A stretch of DNA of 64,000 nt from Octopus vulgaris (Eukaryota), in assembly GCA_951406725.2 (NCBI GenBank), contig OX597820.1:109492001-109556000 (forward strand), given 5' to 3'. The notes beneath the pieces are model-generated. The model worked only from the letters and a program-made list of their open reading frames with translations. It was not told the DNA's origin and ran no database searches. The position numbers were made by a program, and so were the translations under genes. The stretch's first letter is position 1; each line of letters begins with the position of its first letter. This document shows, piece after piece, positions 51,886-64,000 of this stretch.

Positions 51886-52114
51886 TATTTCTTTATTACC
51901 CACAAGGGGCTAAACACAGAGGGGACAAACAAGGACAGACATAGGTATTAAGTCGATTACATCGACCCCAGTGCGTAACTGGTACTTAATTTATCGACCC
52001 CGAAAGGATGAAAGGCAAAGTCGACCTCGGAGGAATTTGAACTCACAACGTAACGCAGACGAAATACCGCTAAGCATTTCGCCCGGCATGCTAACGTTTC
52101 TGCCAGCTCGCCGC
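51886..52114 (-). mobile_element. SINE family B with Tx1-like 3' tail and 8-bp TSD
   Basis: TSD tgtaaacc at 51878-51885 and 52115-52122; tail ttgtcccctc...ccttgtgggtaataaagaaat. Confidence 0.85.
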
Positions 52115-52122
52115 TGTAAACC

Positions 52123-52765
52123 GTAACCCTCCCCCTTTGGGAGAAGGAGCTTTGGTTATTGTTTAAAAATTGAATTGTGTCCCTGTTTGGGGAAATTGAC
52201 AATATTTTCACCGTTTGCACGGAAGCATTTTTGTTAAAATGTCTTCGATAGAAGAAAGTCCAAAACTGAATTTCGCTGTAGCCATCGGCGGGCGGCGAAC
52301 TCATCAAAATTAAAATGGAAGAAATAGAAACTTATTTCGGATTGATCACCAACCAAGACGGTGAATCTAGGATAACACCACCAAACGAAATAAAAAATAA
52401 AATTAAAGAAAAGACTATTGTCTATAAAGTATACAATGTAGAGAAAAAAAAGATTTGAACACCTGGAGGAAAGCACCATTGAAAAGTGTCTTGGTGCGAC
52501 TATGAAAGATATCAAGTATCTAACCAGAGGCGGTAAATTCGCTACAATAGAAGCAAGGTTCGAGTCAACAGAGCATGCAAGGGAGTACTCGACTTGAACT
52601 TGCAAAGTGGAAATATTTTATTTTTACCTTTATATCTGGGATGTAGGACGTCCCAGATAAAAATTAAAAATGTACCCCCAGAAGTAGAGGTAGGCTGGAT
52701 TGTAGCCACACTTCTATACAAGAGAGAGGACAAGATACAATTGATCGAAATTGCAAGAGACGGGC
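52123..52765 (+). pseudogene. 5' part of a third L1/Tx1-type ORF1, truncated
   Basis: KEKTIVYKVY...IEKCLG...RGGKFATIEARF...IKIKNVPPEVEVGWIVATLL. Confidence 0.75.
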
Positions 52766-53048
52766 CTATAATTCCAGTCTGTTATATATTTTGAGTATTG
52801 TTATCACTAGCGATATCAAGATATAACTTTGTATTTTGTATTTTATGTGTAGATGTATATATATAGATGTAGATGTAATATGTACACATATATATATAGG
52901 TAAAATGTAAAGGTGGAAACAGCCAGAAGTATGTCTAAAGATTGTTTTATATTTGTTACATTGTGTGACTATAATAAAATATTGCAATGTTCCAATTTGA
53001 AAATGTTATTTAAATGATCTGTAATCAAATTTGGTAATGTTTTTGCAG

Positions 53049-53220
53049 AAGTCATCCCCCAGTTGCAAGAGACAAGTTGGACAGAGTGATAGACATGTTC
53101 GACAAAGGAGGGAAGAAACTGGAGGAGAAAATTCCAATGGCCAAACACCTGTTTCAAACCGCTATAACTCTGAATCCTTGAAACTTCATAGACAAAGTTC
53201 ATTTGAGAATTATTATGATA
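53049..53220 (+). CDS. Host gene internal exon A (phase 0 to 1), unidentified protein
   Basis: ttttgcag acceptor, gtaagt donor, open frame KSSPSCKRQ...FENYYD. Confidence 0.8.
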
Positions 53221-53462
53221 GTAAGTTGTGAACTGTTTTAATTATGTTTAATGGTAGTAAAGAAGTTACTACTACTATTACTACTACTACTTTGGTCTTT
53301 CTCTGCTGCTCTTATCTTCAGTATATAGGTGCCATATTTTTCCCTTCCAATAGTAAATGATGTTCATAACAACACATTCACCTTTCCACCACACTTGGCT
53401 AGTGTCTTTCTCATTTCATTTCTGTTCTGCCTTTCATGTTGAACTGCTATTTTAATTTCTCT

Positions 53463-53496
<34 letters not shown>

Positions 53497-54008
53497 TTTT
53501 TGTCATTTCTCTCCAGTCATGAAATGTAATGTATTGCATAGTAATGTATTGATATGCATCCAGATGTGCCATCCATTGTATGATATTTGTGAGCAAGTAG
53601 CAGTTGGGCTATGAAATATTGGTGCCTGGATTTAGAAAGAAGTTACTTAATGATGCAGAGAGTTTTGTGTGCAATGCTTTCAGTGTATCAAATTATTTAG
53701 AGCTATTATCATTAATGACAGGAGGTATCGCAGTATAAGTTGTATTGTTGTTGTTTCATTGAGTACTCAAATTTGTTTCAACAATTATTCAGAGATTTCT
53801 AAACCACTACATTTATGCTAAACTCAGTGGATTTAGAGATTTGAAAACTGATGTAGTAGCTGTTTATATCTATCTGGATGGATGACCATCATAGTCCCCA
53901 ATTAATCAGATATGAATTTAAAGTTGAAATAGATTGTAAGTCAAATGACAAGACACAATGTCTGAAGCAGAGTTTGAACTCACTAATTATTATCATATAC
54001 TTCACATG

Positions 54009-55160
54009 CAGTGTGTCCCAGAAAGATTTACCCATTGATATTTCTTAATTATTCAAAATAAACTTAAGGTAGGATAATGAGATTTGACACACATGTTCTA
54101 ATGTAACTTTTCAATCGATTACAGTAATTAGATTTCAAAATGACCATCTTGATCATAGCCTGCAAGTGAGTGGTCACTGAGTTGCATAAAAGTGCCATAC
54201 CTCTTCATCCAACTTGACCCATGAAAACTGAAGGACTTTCTTCAGATCTGTCACATTTGAATAGGAGCAAACAGAAACATTACCAGGTAGCAAAGTCCAT
54301 GGGATTGATGTCTTGATTTGAAGGAGGCCATACCATCTTCACCCCAAAACTGCTGAAATTGGATATGTGGGCTAGAGCCTCATCTTGAGTGAAAGTGTAA
54401 TGATCACCAAATGTTTCTGTGACTCAGAGTAACACTTTCTCATTCAATATTTCCACATAAACTCCACTGTTGACCTTGATGCCAGCATCGGTGAGGATGA
54501 AAGGAGACTTGAATTCATCAGATGCAACTGTGGCCCACACCATAAGTAAACCTGGCTTCTGATGGCGTAAATAACTCCTGCTACCTTTTGGCAAGTCTCC
54601 TGCATTATGTGCATAAAACCTGTCATTCTGCCTGTTGGTAAATGCCTCAACGGTGAAGATCTTCTTATCGGACCAGATCAAAACTTTTTAAGTGGCATGC
54701 TTCATCTCAGCTAACATAGCTGTTTCTTTTTGGAAACTGCTGAAATTTACTGCTGGGGTTGTTTCTTGTGTGCTGTTAGCTTTAAATCCTCTTTAAAAAT
54801 TCTGTGCATTGACAATTTCAAAATATCAAGAGTGTTTGCAGTTTTTATTTTTTGCACTCTTGTGGGGATTTCAGTCCATTTGCTTCGTCATGGCTTCAAC
54901 AGTTTGTTTGGTACAAATTGATCATTTCCTACCAGGAATTGGCTTGCTAGAGGTTGTAGCAGACTCCATATATTGTTTTATGGCACACATTCAACTGTTT
55001 TGTTATGTCCTTGTTGTGTACTCCAGCTATTTCCAAAGTGACAATCTGGTCACATTTTGCTTTTGATGCCTTGTTTGTTTACAAATCTGTTATAGATGAA
55101 CAAAAGACATATTCTTTTAGGAAGAGTTTTAAACATGGGTAAATCTTTCTGGGATGCCCA
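54009..55160 (-). mobile_element. Tc1/mariner (maT/DD37D-like) transposon, degraded
   Basis: TIRs cccagaaagatttacccat / atgggtaaatctttctggg; IWSDKKIFTVE..NRQNDR..MVWA motifs. Confidence 0.82.
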
Positions 55161-55658
55161 TTAGAACATTAGAAATCCAGTTTTGTCTTCAACATCAAAA
55201 TGAATGAAAACCGATTTAAAGTTGAAGTTATTAGTTTCATTGAAACATATTTTTGATTATCATGTACTTTTTGTTGCTATAGCATTGCAAGTAGGAATGA
55301 AAGTAGCTAACTACTTACAGATGGTTCATGAGTTTGTATCCTTCTTGAAGCAATTTTGTTTCGTATGTAGCAAGCCACTACTTAATCCTACATACCACAG
55401 TTTATCAAACACCATTCACAGAAACAGGCCTGTGATAAATAAATAGTACTTAAAAGATTTGTTTTTTATTTACCTGAGCTAGGTACCATTCCTATAAATT
55501 CTTTTGGCTTAGAGAAAACATTCAGAAAAAGTAATGTTATCAGACAAACTGTTAAGATTTCTGTAGTCAAACAACATTGTTAAGATTGACTTTTAACTTC
55601 TAACAAATAATGCTCGTACATCCGATTTATATAATTTGATAATAATTATTTTTTACAG

Positions 55659-55873
55659 ATAAACATTACTTCAGTGGCCAGACTAAGTCCAGCCATTCTG
55701 TAGATGGTGATCATTCCTACTCCTATGGCCCTTATGGTAATTACTACAATGGATATAGTTCAGTTTATGAAAAATATGACATGCAATATAACTTCCAACC
55801 ACCCTTGTTAAGATCACATACCAGACAGGAAAGTGGAAAATATCAACAACCAGTCTCTCACTTTAATAGCCCT
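55659..55873 (+). CDS. Host gene exon B (phase 1 to 0), Tyr/Ser-rich
   Basis: ttttacag / gtaagt; frame continues from exon A: NKHYFSGQ...SHFNSP. Confidence 0.82.
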
Positions 55874-55974
55874 GTAAGTATTTTACTGTTTTATTTTGAT
55901 ATATTCATTTAAACTGCTTTCTACTTGATAAGTGAAAATGTTATTATTTAACATAACTTCTGATGATTTATCTG

Positions 55975-56320
55975 TCACATCTGAGCTTCATCCCAGAGCT
56001 TAGATATGCAACAGTTTTCTAACACATGAGCTGTTCCAAGTATTGCTGCCAAATGAGTACTTCCTATGAGGTTTGGTATTTGCAGCTTTTGATGCCAGAA
56101 TATTACTTTTACTTTGTGATGGTCACAAGTGCACCAATCACAATAGGTACCACACTCTCTTTTGAGATTCTGTGAATGTGTTTCACTTCCAATGCAAGGT
56201 CTTGGTACTTCTCGACTTTCTTGTCCTCTGTCTTCACAATATTCTGGTCTGCAGGTATAGCTACATTGATGAAGGTCCATTTTTGAATTCCTTCCACAGG
56301 AGAGTGGTATCTGGCTGATT
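55975..56320 (-). mobile_element. Degenerate C-terminus of a restriction-like-endonuclease LINE
   Basis: INVAIPADQNIVKTEDKKVEKYQDLALEV...VVPIVIGAL...AAILGTAHVL resembles RLE domains of R2/R4-group elements. Confidence 0.65.
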
Positions 56321-56442
56321 ATGAGCTCCTCCTCTGCATCACCATCATTATCATCATCATCATTGCCACCACCACCACCATCGTCACCATCACCACAATC
56401 ATCATCATCACCATCACAATCATCATCATCATCATCATCATT

Positions 56443-56670
56443 AAGGTGGTGAGCTGGCAGAATCATTAGCACACCAGGCAAAATCTTTAGCAGTATTTCA
56501 TCTGTTTTCATATTCTGAGTTCAAATGCTGCTGGGGTTGACTTTGCCTTTCATCCTTTTGGGGTGGATAAAATTAAGTACCAGTGAATCACTGGGGTCAA
56601 TGTAGTTGACTAGTCCCATCCTCTTAAATTTCAGGCCTTGTGCCTATAGTAGAAAGGATTATTATTATTA
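56443..56670 (+). mobile_element. SINE family B, (att)n tail
   Basis: Same core as 5466-5683. Confidence 0.75.
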
Positions 56671-57257
56671 TTTCATAGCTACATCTATGAGGTAGAACTA
56701 AATTATTTTGTTAGAATAGCCTGCCTTCTTTCATCTCACCTATTTATTATTTTTAACATTTTCAAGCTGAGAGCGGCTGGCAGCACTTAGACTGTAAAAT
56801 CATTTTAAGGGAATCTTAGGTCTTCCAAAATAATTTATTAGCAACAAAATCTATTATTAATATAGTCTTATATTATATAGTGGTCAGTAGAATTTGCTGC
56901 CAAAAGCTGTGTTTTTGAAATGGTTAACATTCTCTGTCAGCACTAACTTTCTTAGATCATTGATCACTATATTTCGTTTGCTTTTACTTACATGCAGTCT
57001 AGTTACCATTGCAATCAGACTGCTCATCTTAGTAACTGGGTACAGAGCAGGGGTCAAGGAAACATTGAATTAAATTATATATGATGACTTCACAAGGTAA
57101 CTGTTCTTGATACAGTCTTACTGAAAACCAGGTTGAAGTTATAGTAAAACTAGAATATTTATTATCATGGTGGCAAAAGCATACTTCCAAAGTTATCCCT
57201 CATATAAAAGGTAACTTTGGAAGTATATGTTTGCCACTATGGGTAATATCCAGAAAT

Positions 57258-58893
57258 ATATGGAGAGGGTCATAGCCCAACTAATTAGGGAGAGAGTTAG
57301 TCTAGATGAGATGCCATTTGATTTTGTGCCAGAGAGAAGCACCACTGATGCTATATTTCTGGTAAGGCAGTTGCAGGAGAAATACCTAACCAAAGATAAA
57401 CCTCTGTACTTGGCTTTTGTTGACATGGAGAAAGCCTTTGACAGGCCTCCTGATCCCTTATCTGGTGGTCAATGCGGAAACTAGGGATAGACGAGTGGTT
57501 GGTGAGAGCTGTACATGCCAAGTACAGGGATGCTGTCAGTAAGGTGAGGGTTGGCAATAAGTATAGCAATGAATTCAGGGTACAAGTAGGGGTTCACCAA
57601 GGATCAGTCTTCAGGCCCCTCTTATTCATCAAAGTCCTCCAGGTATTAACAGAGGAATTTAAGACAGGCTGCCCCTAGGAGCTCCCCTCTAGCTTCTTAT
57701 AGTTGAATCACTACCAGAACTAGAGAAGCAATTTCAGGTGTGGAAGGAAGTTCTAGAATCAAAGGGCCTTAGATTTAACCTAGCTAAAACCAAGGTCTTA
57801 GTAAGTCGAAAAGCAGACAAATCACAAATCTCTTTAGGTAAATGGCCCTGCTTGATCTGTAGGAAAGGCCTTGTTAGAAGAATCTCCATAAGATGTACCC
57901 AATGCAAGCTATGGACATATAAGAGGTGCAGCAATATCAGAGGAAGATTAACAGAGAAAATAGTTTGTGTGTGGAAGGTGCACAGGTACAATAAACACTG
58001 AAAATGTACAGAAATAGACACCATTGACTACCAGTGGGGTTCACTAGAGATAGTCGATAGCTTCCGTTATTTAGGTGAGCAAGTCAGTAGTGGAGGTGGA
58101 TGCTTTGAGAACATAGCTGTGAGAATAAGAATAGGCTGGGCAAAATTCAGAGAGCCCCTACCCTTGTTGGCAACAAAGGGCCTCTCCTGCAGGCTGAAAG
58201 GTAGACTGTATGATGCTGTGTTGGAACAGTTAACTGTGGAGGGAACCTGTGGTAGAGGTAGACCCAGCAAGACATGGGACGAGGTGGTGAAACATGATCT
58301 TCAAATGTTGGGTCTCACAGAGGCAATGACTGAGACCTTTGGCTATATGCTATGCTTGAGAAGACCCATCAAGCCAAATGAAATCGTAGTTGTGGCTGAT
58401 GCTGGTGTCACGTAACTGGCACCCATGCTAGTGGCATGTAACAAGCACCATTTGAGCATTAGGCCTTACAGAGGCAATGTGGCCAATGCTGGTGTCATGT
58501 AATTGGCACAGAAAAAACACTTCGAGCATTGGGCCTCATGGAGGCAATGTGGCTGATGCTGGTGGCACATAAAAAGCACCATTTGAGCATTGGACCACAC
58601 AGAGGCAGTGTGACCAATGCTGGTGTTACATAACTAGCACCAGTGCCAGTGGCATGTATAAAGCATCATTTGAGCGTTGGGCCTCATGGAGGCAATGTGG
58701 CTGATGCTGGTGTCACGTAACTGGCACCTGTGCTGGTGGCACGTAAAAGCATTCATTACACTCAGATTGGTTGGTATTAAGAAGAGCATCCAGCTGTAGA
58801 AATCATGCTAAATCAGACTAGAAGCTTACCAGTCCTGATCAAACTGTCCAACCCATGCCAGCATGGACAATAGACATTAAATGATGATGATGA
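57258..58893 (+). mobile_element. Degenerate RTE family 1 RT and 3' UTR
   Basis: Homologous to the region from ~15018 onward, with deletions and stops; (tga)n tail. Confidence 0.85.
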
Positions 58894-59392
58894 TACAATA
58901 ATTATCATTTAACATTTATCATATTTCTTGGTACAAAATGATGAAATGAATACTAATTTTCAAAAGAAAAGTATTTATTACCTTAAAATTAAATAAAACA
59001 AATTTCTCATTTGTGTAACTCCTCTCGTAACTATTCTATCACTGACTCTCTCTCCTCCTGCCACCAAGCCTAGCATGTGCACTTATACTACACTTTTTAT
59101 ATCAACTCTCTTTGTATCTCTCTTTTACTCTTTCTCCCTCTCTATGCAATGTAAAGTGTGACCGGAAGAACCAACCTTTTATATTGACTATTATTATTAT
59201 ATAGAGATATTTTGACAAGTCATTGGCCATTTTTACATTGTAAATTTCAGTTTGATATTATAATACTGTTGTTATCTAAATTTCTTTTCAGTTTGCTAAT
59301 GTGCAATTACATTATTAATGTAATATATGTAATTGTAATATGCTTTTATTTACATATGATTTTAATATTAAACCATACTTGTACATCTGTAG

Positions 59393-59629
59393 GTCAACAG
59401 TGGCTTTTCCAATTACTACTATGATAGTTATCCACAAGAATACTATCATGGAGATGTGTATTACAGTACCTTCGAGACTAGGCCAGCATCTAGCTATAAG
59501 ACCCTATCTGAAAAAGATGGACAGCTGGAAAATGCTAAAGGAGATGGGTTAGCTAGTAAAGAGAGAGACTCTATTGAGAATCCTAACAAAAACACTTGTG
59601 CTGAAGAAAGTGTTTTCAACAATGATTTT
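59393..59629 (+). CDS. Host gene exon C (phase 0 to 0)
   Basis: ctgtag / gtaagt; 79 open codons VNSGFSNYYY...VFNNDF in frame with exon B. Confidence 0.8.
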
Positions 59630-60029
59630 GTAAGTGCAGGTGTTAAGAATTTGATTTTTAAAAAAATTCTTTGTCATCAATGTCATTATCATCATAATTA
59701 TTACTATGGTTGTGGAAGTTCATCATCATCATCATCATCACCACCATCATCATCATTGCTTATATATTTCTTAACTTTCTTTTTGCTGTAACTGCAAGTC
59801 ACAGAATATCAGGACTTTCTGATGACTACTTCATAAAGAGGAAATAGAGTATGAACCTCTTCAGAAATTGGTGGTGGTGGTGGGTGCTTTTAATTAGGAC
59901 AGTATTTGTTGTTGGGTAACTTGTAAATAGTATTTAACATAATAGGTAATTGATGAATCATGGAGAGGGAGAATCTTGTTTGATTATTGTTCCAGTGTTG
60001 AAATTGTACTGCAGTGTCAGTGAGATTAA

Positions 60030-60685
60030 TAATAATTGTTTCAAATTTAGGCACAAGATGAGTAATTTTTGGAAGAGGGTATTTGTAAATTATATCAACC
60101 TCTGTACTTGTCTGGCACTTTATTTTATCAACCCTGAATAGATGAGAGGCAGAGCTGACCTTGGAAGGATTTGGAATCAGAAAGTAAAGCACTGGAAAAA
60201 AATGCAGCTTGATGCACTAGCAATCCTGCCAGCTCACCACCTTAATCATAATAACAATAATAAAAGTAATCCTTTCTACTAAAGCACAAGGCCTGAAATT
60301 TTGGGGGATGGGGCTAGCTGATTACATTGATCTCAGTACTCAACTGGTACTTATTTCATCAACACTAAAAGGATGAAAGGCAAAGTTGATCTCAGCAAAG
60401 TCAAACTCAGATTGTAATGACAAATGAAATGCTGCCAAGCATTTTGTCTGGTATGCTAACAATTCTGACAGCTCACCACCTTAATATTAATAGTAATAGC
60501 AATTCTTTCTAATTTTGGCTTAAGACCAACGATTTTGAGAGAAGGGGCAAGTTGATTACACTGATCTTGAAAGGATGAAAGGCAAAGTTGACTTCGGCAG
60601 GACTTGAACATTGAACATAAAGAGCTGGAATGTCATGAAGCATTTTATCTCACATGCTAACAATTCTGTCACCTCATCTCCTTCA
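60030..60685 (-). mobile_element. Three tandem old SINE family B copies
   Basis: Repeated gatgaaaggcaaagttgac...gctaacaattctg..agctcaccacctt-type blocks. Confidence 0.7.
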
Positions 60686-60759
60686 AGTGTTTTCAAATTT
60701 TGGCACAAGGCCAGTAACTTTGTGAGAAGTTCTCACCAACCATTCATCTATCTCTAGCT

Positions 60760-60925
60760 TCCACATTGACTACCAGATAAGGGAGCAGAAAACCCTGTCA
60801 AAGGCTTTTCCCATGTCAACAAAAGCCAATTACAGAGGTTTGTTTTTGACTAATTCTCCTGCAGTTGCCTACCATCAGTAGTGCTTCTCCCTTCTGCAAA
60901 ACCAAACTGCATTTCATCTAGGCTA
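60760..60925 (-). mobile_element. Short RTE RT fragment
   Basis: Similar to 355-520. Confidence 0.6.
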
Positions 60926-61478
60926 TTCCATTTTAATAATACAAACCATCTCCCATTTTATGGTTAGCTAAGAAGGTAGGGGTATTTATACCTCACCCCA
61001 GATGCACTACTACATAACACCTATGGTTGGGTGAGCCATTGAAAACGTTTCTATGTGGTAATTCAATTTCCTAGAAATGGTTACCAAATCTCACTCAAAT
61101 TACATTCCATCATATTAGAAGGAGGAAGACTCATAGAAATAATATATAGTCCTTATGTATTCCCAACCCACCCACCAAAGAAAAGAATGGTCATAGCTGA
61201 ACTTCATTTGATCATTGGTCTAGTTGTTCAAGTGTTCTTTTGGAGCTAAACAACAACAATATACAGGCTCACCATTCTTCAGCTGAGTAACTCGCATCAT
61301 ATCTGCTCAGATCTTTCTGTTGTTTTATAACTGTCTTCGATAATCTAGCTGTAGTCAGTTTATTAGTTGAACAGTTGATGGAGATATAAGTAATTCAAAT
61401 CAGTTGAATGAAGAAAAATTGTCTGAATTTCAGTGAATATTTGAAATTTGGAAAATAGGAGGGAAAATGGTTTTATTC

Positions 61479-61869
61479 TTTTCTTCTTTTATTTGTTTCA
61501 GTCATTTGACTGTGGTCATACTAGAGCACCGCCTTTAGTCGAGCAAATCGACTCCAATACTTATTCTTTCGGTCTCTTTTGCTGAACTGCTAAGTTACGG
61601 GGATGTGAACACACCAACATCAATTGTCAAGCGAGTAAGGGGGGACTAACATAGACACACAAACACACACCACACACACATACACACACACACACATGCG
61701 CGCGCACGACTGGTTTCTTTCAGTTTTTATCTACCAAATCCACTTAGAAGGCTTTGGTTGGTCCAAGTCTATAGTTGAAGACACTTGCCCAAGGTGCCAT
61801 GCAGTGGGATTGAGCCTGGAACCATGTGGTTGGTAAGCAAGCTACTTACCACACAACCACTCTGCACCT
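61479..61869 (-). mobile_element. SINE family A
   Basis: Matches 29113-29513. Confidence 0.8.
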
Positions 61870-64000
61870 ATAAATTATTAACAATTTTTGTTTTTATTAA
61901 ACTGTTATTGTGTGTGAATATCTGAAAATCGGTGGAGCTTATGTTAATGTTCTTTTATGGCCTCCCTTTCATCTTTTGTCATCGTAAGCTTGCCAAAGCA
62001 TGCACAGTGTCTCTGTAGCAGATTTCCCAAGTTTAATGCAATTTTCACATTGGTGATTTGTTGCAACTTCCTTTCCATGACAAAAATCGCAGACTATAGC
62101 ATACACATGATCACAAAATCTCAAATTTCACAACTTGCGAAGTAAACACAGTTATGTCACTTGGCATACTGCCTTTTGAAGGCTAGCTTTCACTGTGCAT
62201 ACAACCATGTGCTGCTATCTGTTGGCATGCTATAGAACTAGTCCAGTAACTTTTTGATTCCATCTCGTATATATTTACCATCTTGTTCAATTTCTCTTAA
62301 CTACAGCACTGTCTTAGCTGCTGTAATGCATCATGCTGAGATGCACATTTTTCATTCCCCAAAACTTTTATGCTACTAGTTTCCCTTCTTAAAACCATCT
62401 CCCCATGTCACCACCTTGCATTCTCAATATCATACCATACCACTATTCTATACCATCTCGTATCGCCCATTGAGCCCTTCCCTCACCTTTGTTCCTCTCT
62501 CTCTCCCTCTTTCCCTATATATTCTCCTACATGCCTTTGATCTCTGCCCTCCTAACTGAGCATCCCTCACTCTCACTTCACACTTCACATTGTCTCCCTA
62601 TTTCTTGTCTGTATGGTTTTATTACAATACTGCTTTCCACCCCACTATTTTTATACTACAACTTATCTCCTCCTCTTTGACCTGCACTTATTTCCTTCCA
62701 TCTTCTCACAAACTGATATTCCTGATTGATCATGTCCTCTCCTCTGTTTGCTGTTCACAGCATCATCTGTATCCCTTTCTCTCACCCTCTGTCACTCACC
62801 TCACATTCTTGCAAACTTACTTGTTCCACTATCCCCATCTTCTCACATCCTCCTGTACCATGAGTATATGTCCTGATACATCATCAGCACCATCTTCTCC
62901 CCTTTTCCAGCTGGGGGTGGCCATCTGTCTCCTGTAAAACTCCTGTTCCTATCCCATTATCATACTTTTGCTTCTCAATACCTGGGATAAGCCATCTTCC
63001 TCAATTAAAGAGACACGAAAAAGTACACAGCACATTCTGAAACGAGACTGGCATTAGTAAGGGCATCAAAGGATAGGAACCATGCCAAAACAGACAGTAG
63101 ACCTCTCTGATCTTGTTAAACCATTCAGCCCATTGCCAACAATGAATACAGATGCTAAATTATGATGATGAGTACAATTTAATTTTAATATTTGCTATAA
63201 TTCAAATGGTTGTTGATTCAAGAAACTGTCCACATACCATACTATATTGATGCTAAAGCATTAACATTAATGACAATGTTACGGATTCCTGCTACCATTT
63301 GTATAATATTTATTATATTCCTGAGTTACCCTTTTCTGATCTGTAGTAACATTGCTATAATATGAGTCTTTCATCATGCATCGATACCTAGTAATTCTCT
63401 ATTCCACTGGATCATATTGTTATTGTGTTGCTTCCTTTAAATTGGTGATGGATAATTTTCATTTATTTCCTTTACAAATCATAAAGGATTACAATTTCAA
63501 CTTAATTGAGTGTAGTCAGTTGGTTTAAGTACAAACATTATTTTAGAACTAGAGTGTCCATGCCATTAATAAAAAAAAAATGTCATTAAACTTTGTGATA
63601 ACTATAACATTTTGGCTTGCATGTATGAATATTTGATTTTTCCAGTTGGAAGTATTGTTGAAAAACATATGTGATGGCAATTGCTAATAAGAGTATAAGG
63701 ACGTTAACAAAAATGCTCAAATAACAGAACAAAAAAATTATATTTATCACATCCCAAATATTATACAAGTTTAATTACTTTTAATATACACAATATGTTG
63801 TAGTCAATGAGTCAGTCATTATTCTACATTGTTATTGTCTACAATAAATACTCTACTTAATTTCACAAATGATGCACACACACACACACATCAAAACCAC
63901 CAAAATATATGTATATTTGAATTTTGATACAATGTTTTTAAAATTCCTTGTTTCCTCAAACCTGTGTATATGTATGGATGCACTTTGGTAATAAATCTAA

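Noticed and set aside
61990-62270. Mariner-like TIR (ccagtaactttttgattccatctcgta)
   Set aside because: No matching second TIR or transposase could be established.

Overview
AT-rich eukaryotic (animal) genomic DNA that is almost entirely repeats. The repeat families and very long (AT)n/(GT)n tracts resemble an octopus-type cephalopod genome; this is inferred from family resemblance, not from a search. Contents: several RTE-clade LINEs of two families, tandem arrays derived from an RTE 3' UTR, two tRNA-type SINE families, mariner/Tc1-type and Helitron-type DNA elements, Penelope-like (Naiad-type) remnants, a 100-N gap, and three phase-compatible exons of an unidentified + strand host gene (53049-59629). 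The most striking structure is at 39006-52900. A non-coding 352-bp tandem unit carrying a minimal type I hammerhead ribozyme (a candidate non-LTR retrozyme) has been invaded by an L1/Tx1-clade LINE, and the composite was then duplicated as a ~9 kb inverted repeat. Next to it lie an ORF1-only (HAL1-like) element with a 17-bp TSD and a SINE, both ending in a 3' tail similar to that of the LINE. Most long ORFs in the track are translations of microsatellites.
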